Below are positions 21,462 to 35,005 of a stretch of DNA of 64,000 nucleotides, piece after piece; the stretch's first letter is position 1, and each line of letters begins with the position of its first letter. This DNA is from Cladosporium halotolerans. Its lineage: Eukaryota. The position numbers and the translations under genes are program-made. The stretch is from contig NW_027191457.1 of assembly GCF_011745625.1 (NCBI RefSeq), positions 62,001 through 126,000 on the forward strand, given 5' to 3'. The notes beneath the pieces were generated by a model. The model was given only the letters and a program-made list of their open reading frames with translations, did not search any database and was not told the origin of the DNA.

Positions 21462-24400
21462 TGCTGATGATGTTGATGATGTTGATGGTCGAGTGATCAA
21501 CAATGGTGGTGAAAGGTGTCGATGTGAAGGTGCGTGGTCGAGTGGTAGAGGGTAGGTTTATAGGATCGATCGATCTGAGGAAGAGCAGACGGTTCTTCGT
21601 TTGATGAGAAGAAATGTTGTGTGAAGTGAAACCGACGTGAAGAGGGAAGATAATAAGGGCTCTTGATGAAGATCAGGGACAGTGGTGGTTGTTGAAGTGT
21701 CGAAGCAAGCCGTTCCCCTGGGACCTTGCACACATATATGTGTGTCTCACTGCGGCCAGGTCTCGGATCGAACTAGATGAGCGTATTGTCAACGCTGCCG
21801 GAAACGGTAAGCCCAAGTGGACTCCTGAGCAGGTCGACTCCTCACGCAAGCGCTGTTTTCCAAGAGCCCGGGTCTCACTGTCCTTGCTCCCCGGTGGATG
21901 GTGCGATGCAGGGTCAAGGTTGATTATGCCGTCGTCTCCAGAACGGACCGTCCGGGCGGAGGCCAAGCGGTGCTTTACGTGGGCGTGATGTGGATCCGGA
22001 TCGGAGCCGTATAGCAGGGTACAGGCGGTCCAGGCGTTAAGATCGATCAGGTTGAGCCCACCAGGAGATTTGCGATGTAGATGGTTGCCACAGAGGAGCG
22101 CTAGAGACGTGCCTGAATGCGGCTCGACGCAAGGACTTATGTGGACGTATAACGACTAGGTGTGGGTCCCCAGAGGAGCTTCGTGCGGCTACCGGATGGC
22201 ATCCGGATCGTCGAATGGCGTAAAGTAAATCAGAACAGCGCGCTCCTGAGCCTGAAACAAATTGAAGCTACTTTCAGCCCGGCTTTTCAATGCAATAACA
22301 GGGAAGGCGCTATCAGACAGCTCGGTCTCACCAGAGGTTGGGCCGGCCGGCAGGCTAGGCGTCGTCGACACATTGGTACCAGCAACTAGCCCTGGACGCC
22401 TCAGACCTGACCACGAGATCGTGCCGAGCGGCCTGAGATTTCGGGACTCGATTGGCGACTGGCAGATACCCGACCGAAGCGGAGAGGCCGAGTGTGGAGC
22501 CTAGAGTTTGACACCTCACACCCTGCCATGGCGGGCCCCCAGGATGATGATTTAGCAGCGGGCGATGCCGCTCGTCTGCTCCAGTCGTTACCCACATTGT
22601 CCGAGCCAGCGGGTCTCTGGGAGTCTGAAGGTTGGCGGCTCTGGTAACCTAGAGCCTGCTCTCACAGACTTGCAGACCTTCAGAGTAGCCCGCCAGAGTG
22701 CATACCTGGTGCGCTCGGCAGCACCAAGCGCACACCGGCGCGGGAAAAGTCGCCGATAATCCGCGGCGGCGACCTCGACTGCCCTGGCATGTCCTGGCAC
22801 GGGGCGGAGGAGGTCAGCTCACCGAAGCGATGAGGCGATGCGCACCGTGGGCGGACCTGATCCTACCGCGCGCGCGCGCTGCCAACGGCGTGCAGTGGCC
22901 GGTCGTGGCCTGCTCCACGGCTGTCTATGGGGGTTTAAAGTTCGCGAAGGCGAAGCGGACGCAGCGCGCTGCGCAGGATGCCATGACGAGCAGGCCCACC
23001 CAGTCAATTCGGTCGCGCAAGACGCACGAGTCGCGCGACATGGCACGGGGAGAGAGTGGGCGGACGTGGGTGGGCACTGGGCAGTGGCCTGGCGCAGGTC
23101 AGCACCGCTGTAGACGCGACCGGGGGGGTTACACGGTGCCTTGCTGCATTTGCTGCTTGCTCTCCTTCGCGCAGCGCATTACTCGCCAGGCTCGGGCGCA
23201 GCTCCGGTGCTCGCAGGCGAGAGGTCTCAGCAGCACTGCATGGAACATGCACTCGCGGACACGTTGGTGCGCCTGCATGCGCGTGCGTGCGGCGTGCGCC
23301 TGGTTGTTCTGCCCTGCGCGCGGCGCCGGGTGGTGGTGTCGGGCGCCGCCCCAGCCCGCCTCCCCTCTCCCCTCACCAACGCTGGGCCGCCGGGCCGCCG
23401 ACACATCGTCGATAGCGCGAGCTTAGCCCATGCAGCATTGGCCGTGTGCAACGATGACATACCCCCACCCAGGGCCGTCGGGGGCTGCCGTGCGGCTTGC
23501 GGCGGCGGGGAGAGGGAGAGGAGCACCGCGCCTTAGGCGGACGTGGCAGGCTGCTGGAACAGCACAAAAGAAGGATCGGCCGGGAGATGTCGTCGCCCGT
23601 GGAGGATGGCCCGTCGCCGGTCGCCGGACATGCCCGGGGCCAGATCTGCGCGGCAGCGGCCTGCTTCGCCCTGCGTCGTCCGCAGCGCTCCCCAGGGCGG
23701 TGCTGGTCCTTACGTACCTACCTGCTATTGCAGCGCTGGCCGCAGCCGTGCGTGAAGGGTAGGGATGGCGATCCGACCGGCCCGCGAGGCGCCTGTCATG
23801 CCTGCAGGGGAGGCGCAATTCCGCGCCCCCCTCGTCGCACGCCTCGGACGGCGACTGCATGCGACCTGTCGTGTGAGGCGCTGCGAGACACACGCCGGCG
23901 CGAGCAGAGCACGCCGTGGCCGCCTGAGGCGCTGGGCATTGAGCCTCACCCAGCAGTCCAGGCGTCCCCACCGGATGCCGCTCCGAGGATGACGACGAGA
24001 AGACCTTCACACATCGCTCGTCGTGGCCAGCGCCGTGGGCATGGATATTTGTCACGTCCAGGTCAGCGCTCTGGCGGCAGACCGGGCCCGCTGCGCGCCG
24101 CCCGTGTTCGTAGACGCCTGTCAAGCGATCGCCAGTACCTGGTACATCGCGATACTTTCATCTCACCGTGCCGAAGGTATTATTGCGTATTATGCCGTGC
24201 GTATTGCCGCCGTCGCATCCCTGCTAGGGCGGTCTGGAGCGACGTCTGCGCCGCTGGAGAGCCTCCAAGCGGAGGGCATGTTGGCATGTTGTTCGGTACA
24301 GAGCGCTCGCTTGGCGTCTCTCGGCTGCGTCCGCCTGTGGTTGGCTCATGCAGCGCCAGCGCACAGGTCTTCAAGGACACACCATACACCCACGACCATG

Positions 24401-27400
24401 ACCCGATTCGTGGTGATCCTGGTCCTGCCTACTTTGCTCCTGCAGCACCGCTCGTGCTGACTGTTACCGCTACCGCGGTCACAGGCATCCAACTTCACGG
24501 GCGCATACTAATTTCCGTCGCGATAGATTACCTGACTTGTTCCAGCTGGTTGAAAGGCGGCTTATGACTTGCATACGGCAACGGCAGGCTAGCATCTGTG
24601 CCGCCTGCCAGTGTTGCTGGGAGACTCCACCGGCAGCCCGATCGCGTCAGACTCGCAAGGGCTAGCGTGGTGTGTCTGCTGGGTTGGAGATAGACTTCGC
24701 CGGGGACCTGCCTCCGGTTCCATAGGTCGCACGCCGTTCCGCGTAGCGCTCGGTCCGTGAGAATCTGCAGGCCACTGGACAGGCCCGCCTCCATCCCGCG
24801 ACCAGGTCGCCTGGCTGGCGCTGCAAGGGTCGTCCAGACAGGAAAACGGACACGCTCGGCCGACACGATATGCTTTCCGGCGCTTTTTTCGAGGGAATCT
24901 CGCTGACGTATGAGCTGAGTAGAGGTAACTCAACACACGGTCATGATTTTCCGATCGACCAACTTCCAATCCATGGTAGGATGCTTGGCGCCATGGACCT
25001 TACACAAGGTTCTTTGGCACGACCAGCAGAAGTGACAAGGGATTTCTTCATGATCTGTTGGCTCGTCGGACGTCGGCCGAAGTACACGACAGCTGATCGA
25101 GACCTCTGTACCATTTGACAGCTAAGCGATTCGCTACCTGCTGATGTCAACGCAAGAATCCCGGACAATATCAGGCAGATAATTCGGCGGTCAATGGAAT
25201 TTCTGAATGGAAAGAGCGGTAACTTCGTCAAACACACGCGTGGAGGGTTGCCATGTGTCTAGAGCCTTGCCGCAGCTGCATAGTTGCATGCACGTGTGCA
25301 GGCAGCGGGCAAGCGAGCAAGCGGTCAGCGAGGATCTTCTGCACGCGTCTTCATCGACGCCTTCGCAGCTATGGTTCCTCGCAGCATCAGACGCCCGAGT
25401 CAAGAGACGGTGAAGAAGCCCGCGGTGCGATGATAAGAAGACTCTCACCGCGCGGCCGTGTTCGGACGATTGTGTGTCGCTCCCCCTCTGCCAGCCTGCC
25501 ACGTTGTGAGACAAGGCCGCTCTGGAAGCGCGGGGTGCTCATCAATCTACCTTGGCGTGGTTGGTTTTCCATCCTAACCGTCTACTTCGACCTCGTTGAA
25601 GATCGCCTACCATGGATCGATTCCCAACTTGACGATAACACGACAGTACCTCGAGGGAAAAAGACGGCTGGAGGCGAGCTGACTCAAGGAATCCCGCCAA
25701 GGCCGACACGTCAAGTCAGCACCTTCCAGGCGCTGGACCACCCCCACACCACTAGGCGTCTGGCCACCGTTGTGCTCGCCAGAGCCCGCAGCCCGCCCGC
25801 CTCTCCAAGCCATCGCCAAGCTGTCTTCACGCCAGCACAGACTCGATGGGTTGCTTTTGTCTCCAGCATTAGCGTGCCCTAGCCCTGCCTGCCGGCATCA
25901 TCCGTGGTCCCATCTCCGTCCAAGCCTACCACCCTCCCCTCTGGGCCTACCCGGCTGGCGTCAGCACCGGCCCGCTCGCCTGGCGTCCCGACCAATTTGG
26001 CGGGAAACCGTCAGACTAAGCTTGCAGGAAGCCCAACCTTTGGGACGCTTGCCAACGTCAGGGCTTTCCTACCTATACCAAGCCTGCCTTTGCGAGCAAA
26101 GTCTGGTAGCCACAATTGTGGGTGAGATGGCATCGTCGAACTGTCCGGTCCTGCATGCCACCGCTTTCGGATTGCACTATTTTCGACCCGGCCATGCAAT
26201 ATATGCATGACGATCGTTGTTTTGACTGTGACGAGGTAAACTCTGGCAATTGGCGAGCATTACCGGCAGATGCAATGGCGCTCGCGGCGCGGCGTCATCG
26301 GAACCTTCTGGTGAAAGCGTGCGCAATCGTCCAAATTCCGCGTTTGGCCAGCGCAGACCGGCCACCCCGGCGACTATAGCAGGGTGGGTCATATGCAGGC
26401 CCGGCTTCCGAGACAAGCTCCTTCAGTTCTTGAGGCCCTTGGACTCTGGTACTGGTCGATCCCCCATCTGACTTCAGGCCTAGCGGCATCGCCTTCTATC
26501 GCCGCATATGCTTTCTCCTTCCCACGCCACCGGTCCTATATGCCAGCCCACAGTCTGATATACCTGCTCCCGAAGCGGAGGCCGTCGCCTAGTTTAGGTC
26601 TTGAAGCCAGCGATCTACTACTGCAGGAGGATATCAAATACCAAATCGCGTCTGTGTACCTGCGCCTCCGGACCGCATCCGCGCAACCCTCAGGCCTTGA
26701 AGCTTTTCCGCTTCGTCGGGACCGAACCATGGTTCCAATGGTCTGGAGAGTGTCGGAGGCCGCATGCCGTCCCGCCAAAGCCTTATTCGCCCTTGGCTCG
26801 GCGACCTCGATGGAGACAAAGTCAACGCCCGTAAGACCTGGGTGAGTACCAGAGAATGAGTCAACGGTCCCGCACGATTCGTGAAGTCGTCATGATAGTG
26901 AGCAGGTGACTCTGGCCCTTCAGCCTGAAGTCGTCCATGATTTTCCCATTCGGCTTCACGTCAGACCGAATGGCAGATAGCACTGGCTGCGTAGATCTGT
27001 CCTGCCCGGTTTCTTGCCACACGGGAGAGGCCGCCATGTTGACGTCGCGGACCACCTATAGCAGGCCTATAGACATATGCAAGGAACTGGCGATTGTCGG
27101 GTGTCTCGCCCTGCGCAGGCTGCAGCTTCGTTCCTGCAGCAATCAGCACGCTGCCAGGTCCGCTTCATTAAGAGAGCTCCTCTAATACAATCTCCTGAAA
27201 CATGCAAGAGCACAGCCATGCACTGCCAAACCAGCCATTGGAATGCCTCCTTTTGTCGACAGATCTGCGGGTCACCTATAACAGCCCCCTTCTTCGCTAT
27301 AGCTATTGCGCCCCCACCAGTCCACCAGTGGCGAACGCAGCACAAAGATAGCATGGCGCCATCGTCAGCGTCCTTCGCCACAACCCCCTCGTCCTTGCAT

Positions 27401-27836
27401 GCCGGGCGATGCAATAGTGTAGACGTGGACTGCCAATGGAGCGGAGCCTCGCGGCCTGCACGCAAGATTCGGACCCAGCTAGCAGGGAGGCGGCCAGGGC
27501 GAGCGAGGTGCCGATGCAATATGCGATCCGTGTCTGAAACTTATGATCGTCTCGCATCTCCCGAATCATTATTGTCACGCCCACTTAGGGGCCTCAGAAG
27601 ACGGTTCTCCACCAGCAAGCATGGAGTAGTGAACCCTCATCGCGGTCCCTGTGCTCCTCAGGGTGAGACGGACTTCTTCGCAGCTCGCTTTCGGCCGAGT
27701 CTGACGCTCGCAGATTGAACTTGACTCGGGGCCTTGATCAGCCTATATCCAATTTCCGGGCAAGCTATAGTACGAATCTATATCGCTCTGCGCTCCGAAG
27801 GCCCTTTCAATGACAGATACGCGGGCATCCCCGGTC

Positions 27837-29177
27837 CTACACGTAGCTGACCTTGACTCCCATGCCCACCGTGCGCCGGACCTTGTCCCAGCTGTCGGCC
27901 AGCGCGCGTCGCAATCTCAACCGGACGTCCCTGCGCGTGGCCAGCAGCAAGAAGGCGAGGAAGAACATGAGCAGTCGGGTGCTGAGCAGCGAGGGCGCAA
28001 CGTTGCGCCGCAGGTGTTGCAACAGCGTGCTCACGCGGGTGAGGAACGTTGCGCCGTTTGCTGGTTGTTGCGGGGACGACGAAGGCGGTTTGCGAGCAGA
28101 GCGTGGCTGCTGCCCGCCACGAGCCTGGCCGTTCGCGTTGCTGTTGCTGCTGCTGCCATTGTTGCTCAAAGCACTCGTCCGAGACTCGTTGCCGCTGGCT
28201 GTGGCCGTATTGGCAGCTGTCTTCGCAGCGTTCGCCTTCTGCTGCTGCTCGCGCTGCTGCCTCTCGCGCTCAGCCTCTTCAACGCGCCTCTTCTCCTCCT
28301 GCTCCTTCCTCTTCGCCTCTGCCTCAGCCTCCCTCTCACGCTGGTGTTGCAACTCCACCTCCCGCCTCTTCAACCCCTCCCTCTCCTCCTTCAGCCCCTC
28401 TAAAGCCGCAAGGAAAGCCTCCTTCCTTTCCTCGTCCAGATTCCCACACCCTTCAACAAACTCCCTCGCGTACTCCCACTCCCCAACCTCCGGCAGCACG
28501 TGCAGCGCATAAAGCTCCAGTACCTTGACCCGCGCCTGCAGCGCCTTAGGACTAGCACTATGCGCGCTCATCGGCGTGCTCACCCCATCATAACCCCCGA
28601 CCATGCCTGCATCCTCACTGCTCGCAAGGTAGCTCTCCAGCCTGCCCTGATTGACCCTCTGATCCGGCATATGTCCCAGCAGCAGCGTAGCCAGATTCAC
28701 CACGACCTCCGCGTCCACCTCCCCTTCCTGTCCCGCGTACCCGCGCGCAACCACCTCCTCCCACGCGCCGCCCTCGCGCGCTTTCCGCGCTATCCCTCTC
28801 CAGATGCCGGCGTCGCCGCCGAACTCCCGCGCGCCGTCTTCGGGCCCCATCTCCACGATCGCGTGGATCAGGCTGAGGTAGAAGACCCAGACTTTCGTGC
28901 GGGTGCCGCGCGAGCTCTGCGCGACGGGCGCGATGCCCTGGCCTCCGTGCTCATGCTCCGGGGTTTCTTGGTCGTCGCCCGTATTCACGATCGCGTCCAG
29001 CACTTCCCAGGCCTCGCGGAAGCGGCGCGTCAGGTACAGCTGCGTCGCTTGCTTGTAGGTGCGGACGATGAGGTTGTTGGCGCTGCGGGAGCGGGAGAGC
29101 GAGGAGAGCGAGGAGGAGAGGTAGGCGGAGTCCGAGGGCGAGGCGGACTCGGTTAGGGTGGTCGTGCGGGAAGGCAT
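27837..29177 (-). CDS. PEX26: Peroxin Pex26-like tail-anchored peroxisomal membrane protein
   Basis: YKQATQLYLTRRF, KVWVFYLSL, LELYALHVLP..EWEYAREF, a coiled coil, a C-terminal TM helix followed by a basic tail, and the ending WDKVRRTVGMGVKVSYV typical of filamentous-fungal Pex26. Confidence 0.82.
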   Translation of the reverse strand: MPSRTTTLTESASPSDSAYLSSSLSSLSRSRSANNLIVRTYKQATQLYLTRRFREAWEVLDAIVNTGDDQETPEHEHGGQGIAPVAQSSRGTRTKVWVFYLSLIHAIVEMGPEDGAREFGGDAGIWRGIARKAREGGAWEEVVARGYAGQEGEVDAEVVVNLATLLLGHMPDQRVNQGRLESYLASSEDAGMVGGYDGVSTPMSAHSASPKALQARVKVLELYALHVLPEVGEWEYAREFVEGCGNLDEERKEAFLAALEGLKEEREGLKRREVELQHQREREAEAEAKRKEQEEKRRVEEAERERQQREQQQKANAAKTAANTATASGNESRTSALSNNGSSSNSNANGQARGGQQPRSARKPPSSSPQQPANGATFLTRVSTLLQHLRRNVAPSLLSTRLLMFFLAFLLLATRRDVRLRLRRALADSWDKVRRTVGMGVKVSYV

Positions 29178-30250
29178 GCTGGTGGGTGGGCTGGTAGGTT
29201 CTTAATTCATTTGGTGTGCTTGTTTCTGTGATGGTCGCCTGGGTAGTGATGGCGGCGGTGCAGTGGAGTGAAGACTTGCAGGTGGGAATGGAGTGAGGTT
29301 GGGCGGTTTCGCGCGCGCGGCGTTTGAAGGGTTCACGATCTGGGAAAGCCGACGGGGCCGAGGTTGGGCTTCGTGGTTGGCGGGACCGTGCTGGTGCTTG
29401 GATTAGTTATTGAAATGCGCGACGATGATGCTTCTTGTGCAGAATTACTCCGTATGTACGTGAACGGTCTTGCCTCGGCATGCTGCCATAGATAGCAACC
29501 GTCGGTATGAGCAGCCTGGGCTTGTAGGGGCAGCCGCGCAGCGCAGGATAGAAGTTGCATCAATACCCCAACCCTAACCCTGTTTACCCTATCCACATGA
29601 CCATGAGGTTAGTAACAGCCCACGTAATATTCAGATATACTTGTTGGGCATAGTGGCGTTGTATGATACGACTAATGATATTAAGTAATAGTCATATGTT
29701 CTATTCTGGTGTAATTGGTGCGTGGTGTCGATACATTGATCACATTGGGCGTTAGTCGACGAGTGAATCGACCGGCCGGAACAATCTGTAGAACATACCA
29801 GATTGTTACACAGTAGGTAGCATGGTTGCCAGCAATCGCATAGCAACTTGTACAGAAACTCCATTGTTGTACCAGGATCATCCCTTCTCAAACGCTCGGT
29901 GAGGCTACAAGATGATATTCTCGTGCAGATGTAGCATCTTCAAACACATGCTTCGAGAAGGGACAGACATACCTCGCGGTATCGTTTTTTTCGACCATCA
30001 CAAAAGCCAAACGGCCCATTTTGAGGAAGACCACAGACGGACACAAGTACATAACGACCGGAGAGGTGGAATCATGTTGTGGAATCATGTTTCAGAAGCG
30101 GATGGATGTCAGACAAACGAGAACGCTCATGCTACGTAGCAATGCACAATCAGACAGAGACACAGAGAGAGAGAAAGAAAAGAAAACACACATGCAAATA
30201 GCAAGGAAAACCCACGCATCAGCCTCAAAAGGAATGCCAGCCACCAACGC

Positions 30251-33200
30251 TCATTTCCCCTTCGCGCCCTTCCCACGCTCGACGGCACCCTTCAGCGCCT
30301 CGAGCCTCTGCTCCGTGATCCTAATAGCATCGTCCACCTCTCTAGCCCTCATGCCCTCCTCCTCCAGCCTGCGGCCCATCTCCCTGGCGCTGAGAACCTT
30401 CTGCCTCTCGTCCATCTTAGGGGCGTAGATCCCGTCGAGCCCGACGCGGTCCTCCAGCCAATCCCACAGCTCGCTCTCCTCCCTGCGCCACAGCTCCTCA
30501 TAAGCAGCCGCGCGCTCCGGGGCGCCGTGGAAGGCGACGCTACCAGGCGGCAGGGAGCGAGAGGGGAAGACCCATGAGTACATAAGGAGGGTGATGAGGA
30601 CGGCGATGATGACCTGCGAGGTGAAGAAAGGGCGGAGCAGAGAGACGAAGGGGTCCAGGGGCCCGCGGAGGGGCTCAAAGACGCCCCAGTTGGGCTTTTC
30701 GTCTGCAACGGCAGCCTGGCGCTGGTCGGTTGCGGTAGCGGAGTCGGAGGCTTCCTTTTTGCCCTTTTTCTTGCCTTTGCGGGGGCCGGCGCCGGGTTTG
30801 GCGGATGGCTTGGTCGAGACTGCGGCGGTGAGTGCGGTGGTGATATCCTTGACGTATTGTGTTTGACCGGCCTGTGCACCACTTTCAATTGGTCCTGCAG
30901 CGCAATGTTAGAATTTAATTGTACTGGGGGAATTCATCGCTGGAGACCATACCTCTCAGCCAACTCTTGCCAGTCCACTCGATCGTGCAGTTTGCAATCA
31001 TTCGCGTGCTGTTCCCCGGTCCCCACATCAAGCAGTACTTCGTCTTGGTCGTGAAGACGCTGCCGCTGGGTACGTCGGGTGTCTGAGTGCTACAGCTCAC
31101 CGTAACCGCCTTCTCCAGATCGAATGCCTCCAAAGTGTTGGTGGTGATACACTTGGTCTGCTTCGGTCCCACCGCTCCAGACAGCGGCTTGATGTAAGAG
31201 AATGTCAGTGACTTGTGGTCGTTGTCCAGGCCGGTCTTGTCGTCGGTGAGGTCCAATTCGCGGGACTTCTGATCATCAACAAGCCACTTCTTCATGAAAG
31301 CACCGGAAGCGGGACCAAACATCATGGAGTACACCTTGCCCAGGGGAGCCGGAATCGTCGTGTCTGTGAGAGGTCGATCGTAGTGCTCGGCACTGTCTGT
31401 ACATTCAGTCGGCGCGTGTGCCGGCGGACCTGGGAAGTCACCACCGGGAGCAACACCAACAGCCGCCGCCTCAGCTGGATCCAGCGTTCTTGAGGTATTA
31501 CCGTTCAACTGTGCTGGTGCTCCGAGCGGCTGAGCAGAAGACTTGCGACTCAGTATAGGCTCGCCGACATCACTGCCTGCCATGCTACGACCGGCGTCTG
31601 GTTCTGTATAACTGCCAAAATCGTCGTCGTCATCGTCTTCATCGTAGACCTCGTCCTCGGAGCCCTCGTCCGTGTCATCCTCGGAGCCGATTGAGTCCGC
31701 TTTCTCGGTCTTGTCACTAGCTCCAGCATTGTCGAGTGTGACTCCATTCAAGGAACTTTTCAGATTGGGATGGCTTATCTTCCAGATGCCGATAAGAAGG
31801 TCATATGTCGAATCACGAGCGACGAAACTTGCGAACGTGTTCCTGGCCTGCAGTGTCTGAATCACGATCGCGTTGGGAAACACAACCGCGGTGTTTTTCT
31901 TTTCCACGGACACCACCTCGTCGAAACTGATCACCAGGTTGGTCACCCAGCCAAAGATGTTGCTCGAAAAGCAGATATGCCCCTCAGATACATATAGTCG
32001 TCCATGCAAAAGAATGTCCCTCTGTAAAGCCGCGCTGTAATCCTCAATCAGGTAGTCATCCTCTGGAACGCTGCGGAAGAGCTGGTGAAAGTCCTTGTTT
32101 CGCTTACTACTTGCGACGGCGAATCCAGTTAGACGGTGGCCAGCGGCAGTGGGTGCCGCGCCGGAGAGGCCACTAGCGCTGTCCTTTAGACCCGCAGCGA
32201 TACTGTTGGCCATGGTGGCGTTGGTGTTCGTCGTCGCGGAGCTATCGCGATGACGCCTCCGTCGGCCGCTGAACTTGCTTCGAACACTACCCGAGCGCTT
32301 GATTCCTTCCCCATCGGCGCCAGATCGAGGTGGTGTTTGGTCTCCATTTAGGGTCAGGTGGTCTTGCGATGCGATTGAAAGAGGCCTAGCTCCTGTGGCC
32401 TGGCTTATCGTCGAGGCAATGGGCTTTTCGTAGGCCACTGACACTGCTCTTGCAGCCGCCTCTTCCTCCAATTTGTTTGTCTGCGGTCCCGCGCTGGCCT
32501 CATCTTGTTGCTTAAGCAGGTCAGTGGACGAGTCCATTGACTCAGCGATGCCCAGGTTGCCCAGGGTCAGATCGCCTTTCCCGAGAGTCTCCACCGCTGA
32601 CTGCCGTGGTGTATTCTGATCTTCACCCGAGAGCCCGAAACCTGGGGTGGACTCTTCTCCTGCTCCTTCCGTTGACTTGTCAGCAGCGCCCGCAGGTTTG
32701 TTTTTCTGGCCTGGATTGATGCTGGTGGTCAATTGATCAGCAGCCTTCTGAGCTACGTTAAAGACAGACGAGAAGAAGCCAGTTGCAGTGGTTGGTTGCG
32801 TGAGCGTTCCACCTGGAGTTTTGGCCTCCTCGAGAGTCGGTGTTAGAGGGGCAGGAATCGAGTTCGAAAGCTTGCTCGGCAAGGTTTGCGACTGCGCGCG
32901 TCGATGTCTAATGCTCTCGACCGAAGAGAGAGGCCTTGTTGGTGACTGCTTAGTTGTGGCAGGTCTAATAAGTTTAGGGAATGTAGAGTTCGAGGGATCT
33001 GTAGGTGTGGGTGGTGTTACTAAGGTTGTTGGAGTTTCTGGGCGGCTCGGCGGAGTCTCTGGTAGCGATCTCGTGGTATTAATTCGAGTCCTTAGAGGTG
33101 TACTTGTCGGCGTGCTTTTCTGCTCCTCATTCGGCTTTGTGGCAGGTTGAAGGGGGGCTTCAGTTTCAGCAGCTGCACCGTTCGCTGCCTGCGCCTGAAG

Positions 33201-34461
33201 CTGAGGCTGAGGCTGAGGTTCAGATTCGAACTCCTTGGACGGCAAGGCAGACTCTTTGGGCTCAGCCTGTGCTGCTACGCTCTCTTGTGACCCTTTCGCT
33301 ATCGGCTCTTGCGAATTGAAACTGTTCTTCCTACTCTTCGGCTTGAACAACCCGCCTATCCCTCCCAAGCCCCCAGATTCTCCCGACACTCCACTCTTAC
33401 CCGAATCACTCGACTTCCTACGATTGCGAGCAAATCCAGCTCTTAATTTGTCAGCAGGCGATGGGCTTGCGTTGCGGTTGCGCTTGGCGGTCGTGTTCGT
33501 CACAGGAGAAGACGTGGTGGGCGGCTCGACAATCAAAGGGAGTGAGGACGTGGAGTCATTCACGGAAGGCCCTGAGGCCTGTTTGTCCGACGTTGATCCT
33601 ATTGTTTGCGGCTGGCTTTGTGCCTGGAGTTGTGGAGAGGATAAGGTCAAGTACCCGCGGTGGGATTGGTGAGGTGAGATGGTCGGCCTGGCCGGTTTTC
33701 TGCACGGGTTTCAAGGTTAACGACAGCGACGAATAGTATCACATTGGACGAAAAGTATTGATGGGTTTGTAACGAAGACGCAGACTTGTGCAAGTGGCTT
33801 GTAAACAGACCACGCGCTCTAGACCCGTCTCTTGAGGGGAGCATTGGCAGAGTGGAGAACTTGGGGAGGGAGGAGGGAGGGTTCTCAGAAGTTCGCGTTC
33901 GGTCGGAACTCGGGTCGCATAGGGCATGCTTCCAACATTGCTAACATTGTATTGCGTGAAGAAAGACAGCCACCGTGCTGTGGCAGGGAAGTTTGCAACC
34001 TGAGAGATTTTTACGTACCCTTCGTTGTCCGATCCGTCATCCGTCAGGAGGCTGCTGTTGCCATCCTCGTCGAGCAGAGAGCCATCTGAGCGCGCATCGG
34101 AGACCGCAAGGTCACCAGAATCGCCAGAGTGTACGCCGAGAGTATTCTTATCCGGACTCTTCTCCTTGCGCTTCAGCTTCTTACCGCGCCCGATGAGCGC
34201 TGACAGGCGATTGTTGGAGACCGAATCGTCACTGCCCCTCCGCTCGTCGGTCGATCGTCTCGCGCGCTCTTTCACCTTGTCGATCGCAGTGTCCATAGAC
34301 GCCCTCATGTCGGCAGCGTCCGCAGAGTCATCGCCGGCGGAGGAAGCGCGGCTGGTAAGGGAGGGCGTAGAGGAGTTGTTTGCGGTGGCTTCATCATGAT
34401 CACGTCGTGGGCGCGGCTCTCGGAGAGAGGCGCTAGCGCCAAGAGGCTCAGTAGCAGGCAT
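30251..34461 (-). CDS. GRAM + VASt (StARkin) domain sterol transfer protein, Ysp2/Lam family. Exons 34461-34019, 33699-30953, 30894-30251
   Basis: GRAM domain RNKDFHQLFRSVPEDDYLIEDYSAALQRDILLHGRLYVSEGHICFSSNIFGW. VASt domain YIKPL..GPKQTKC..TQTPDVPSG..WTGKSWLR|GPIESGA. C-terminal TM helix plus EESELWDWLEDR coiled coil. Both introns restore the frame. Confidence 0.93.
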
Positions 34462-35005
34462 TAGCGGTCCAAGACTAGACGGAGCCTCGTAGCCGAAGAT
34501 CCGTAGCTCCTCGATGGGATTGATGGTAAATCGCTGCTGGTCCGCGACGGCTCTTCGCTAAGCGCACCAACAATCGTGCTGTAGCTCTCCACTCGTGACC
34601 TCTGCCCTGAGGGCCAAGGGCCCAGCGCGGAGGGATAAAGGTGGAGTAGAAAGAGGACAGCGTCGACAAGAGAAATGGCAATTCTCGCCACACACAAGGG
34701 CTGTATGAAATGCAAGCTTACGAGCAAGATGTCTGAGTATGAATAGAACGCGACATGAAACTGTCGCAGCACTGCTTGTGTTTTGCGCCTCGTACGCATA
34801 GAAGTAAGGGTGTCCTTGCTTGAGCGGCTCGCACCCCGCCACGCGCGAGCTTGCCACGTTCTTACGTGCCTGAGGCAGCATCGAGACATCAAGTCACCCG
34901 ATAACAGCGACGGTCAGGCAGGTAATACAGAGGTAACATGATATTTCCAAGGCTTCTGCTCTGAAGAACTCGACACATAACTACACAACCTAACTAAATG
35001 TCATC

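Noticed and set aside
22698..24567. Long overlapping ORFs (242, 233 and 356 aa) in the GC-rich block
   Set aside because: They are Arg/Ala/Pro/Gly-rich, open in many frames, and lack motifs or codon bias, as expected by chance at very high GC.
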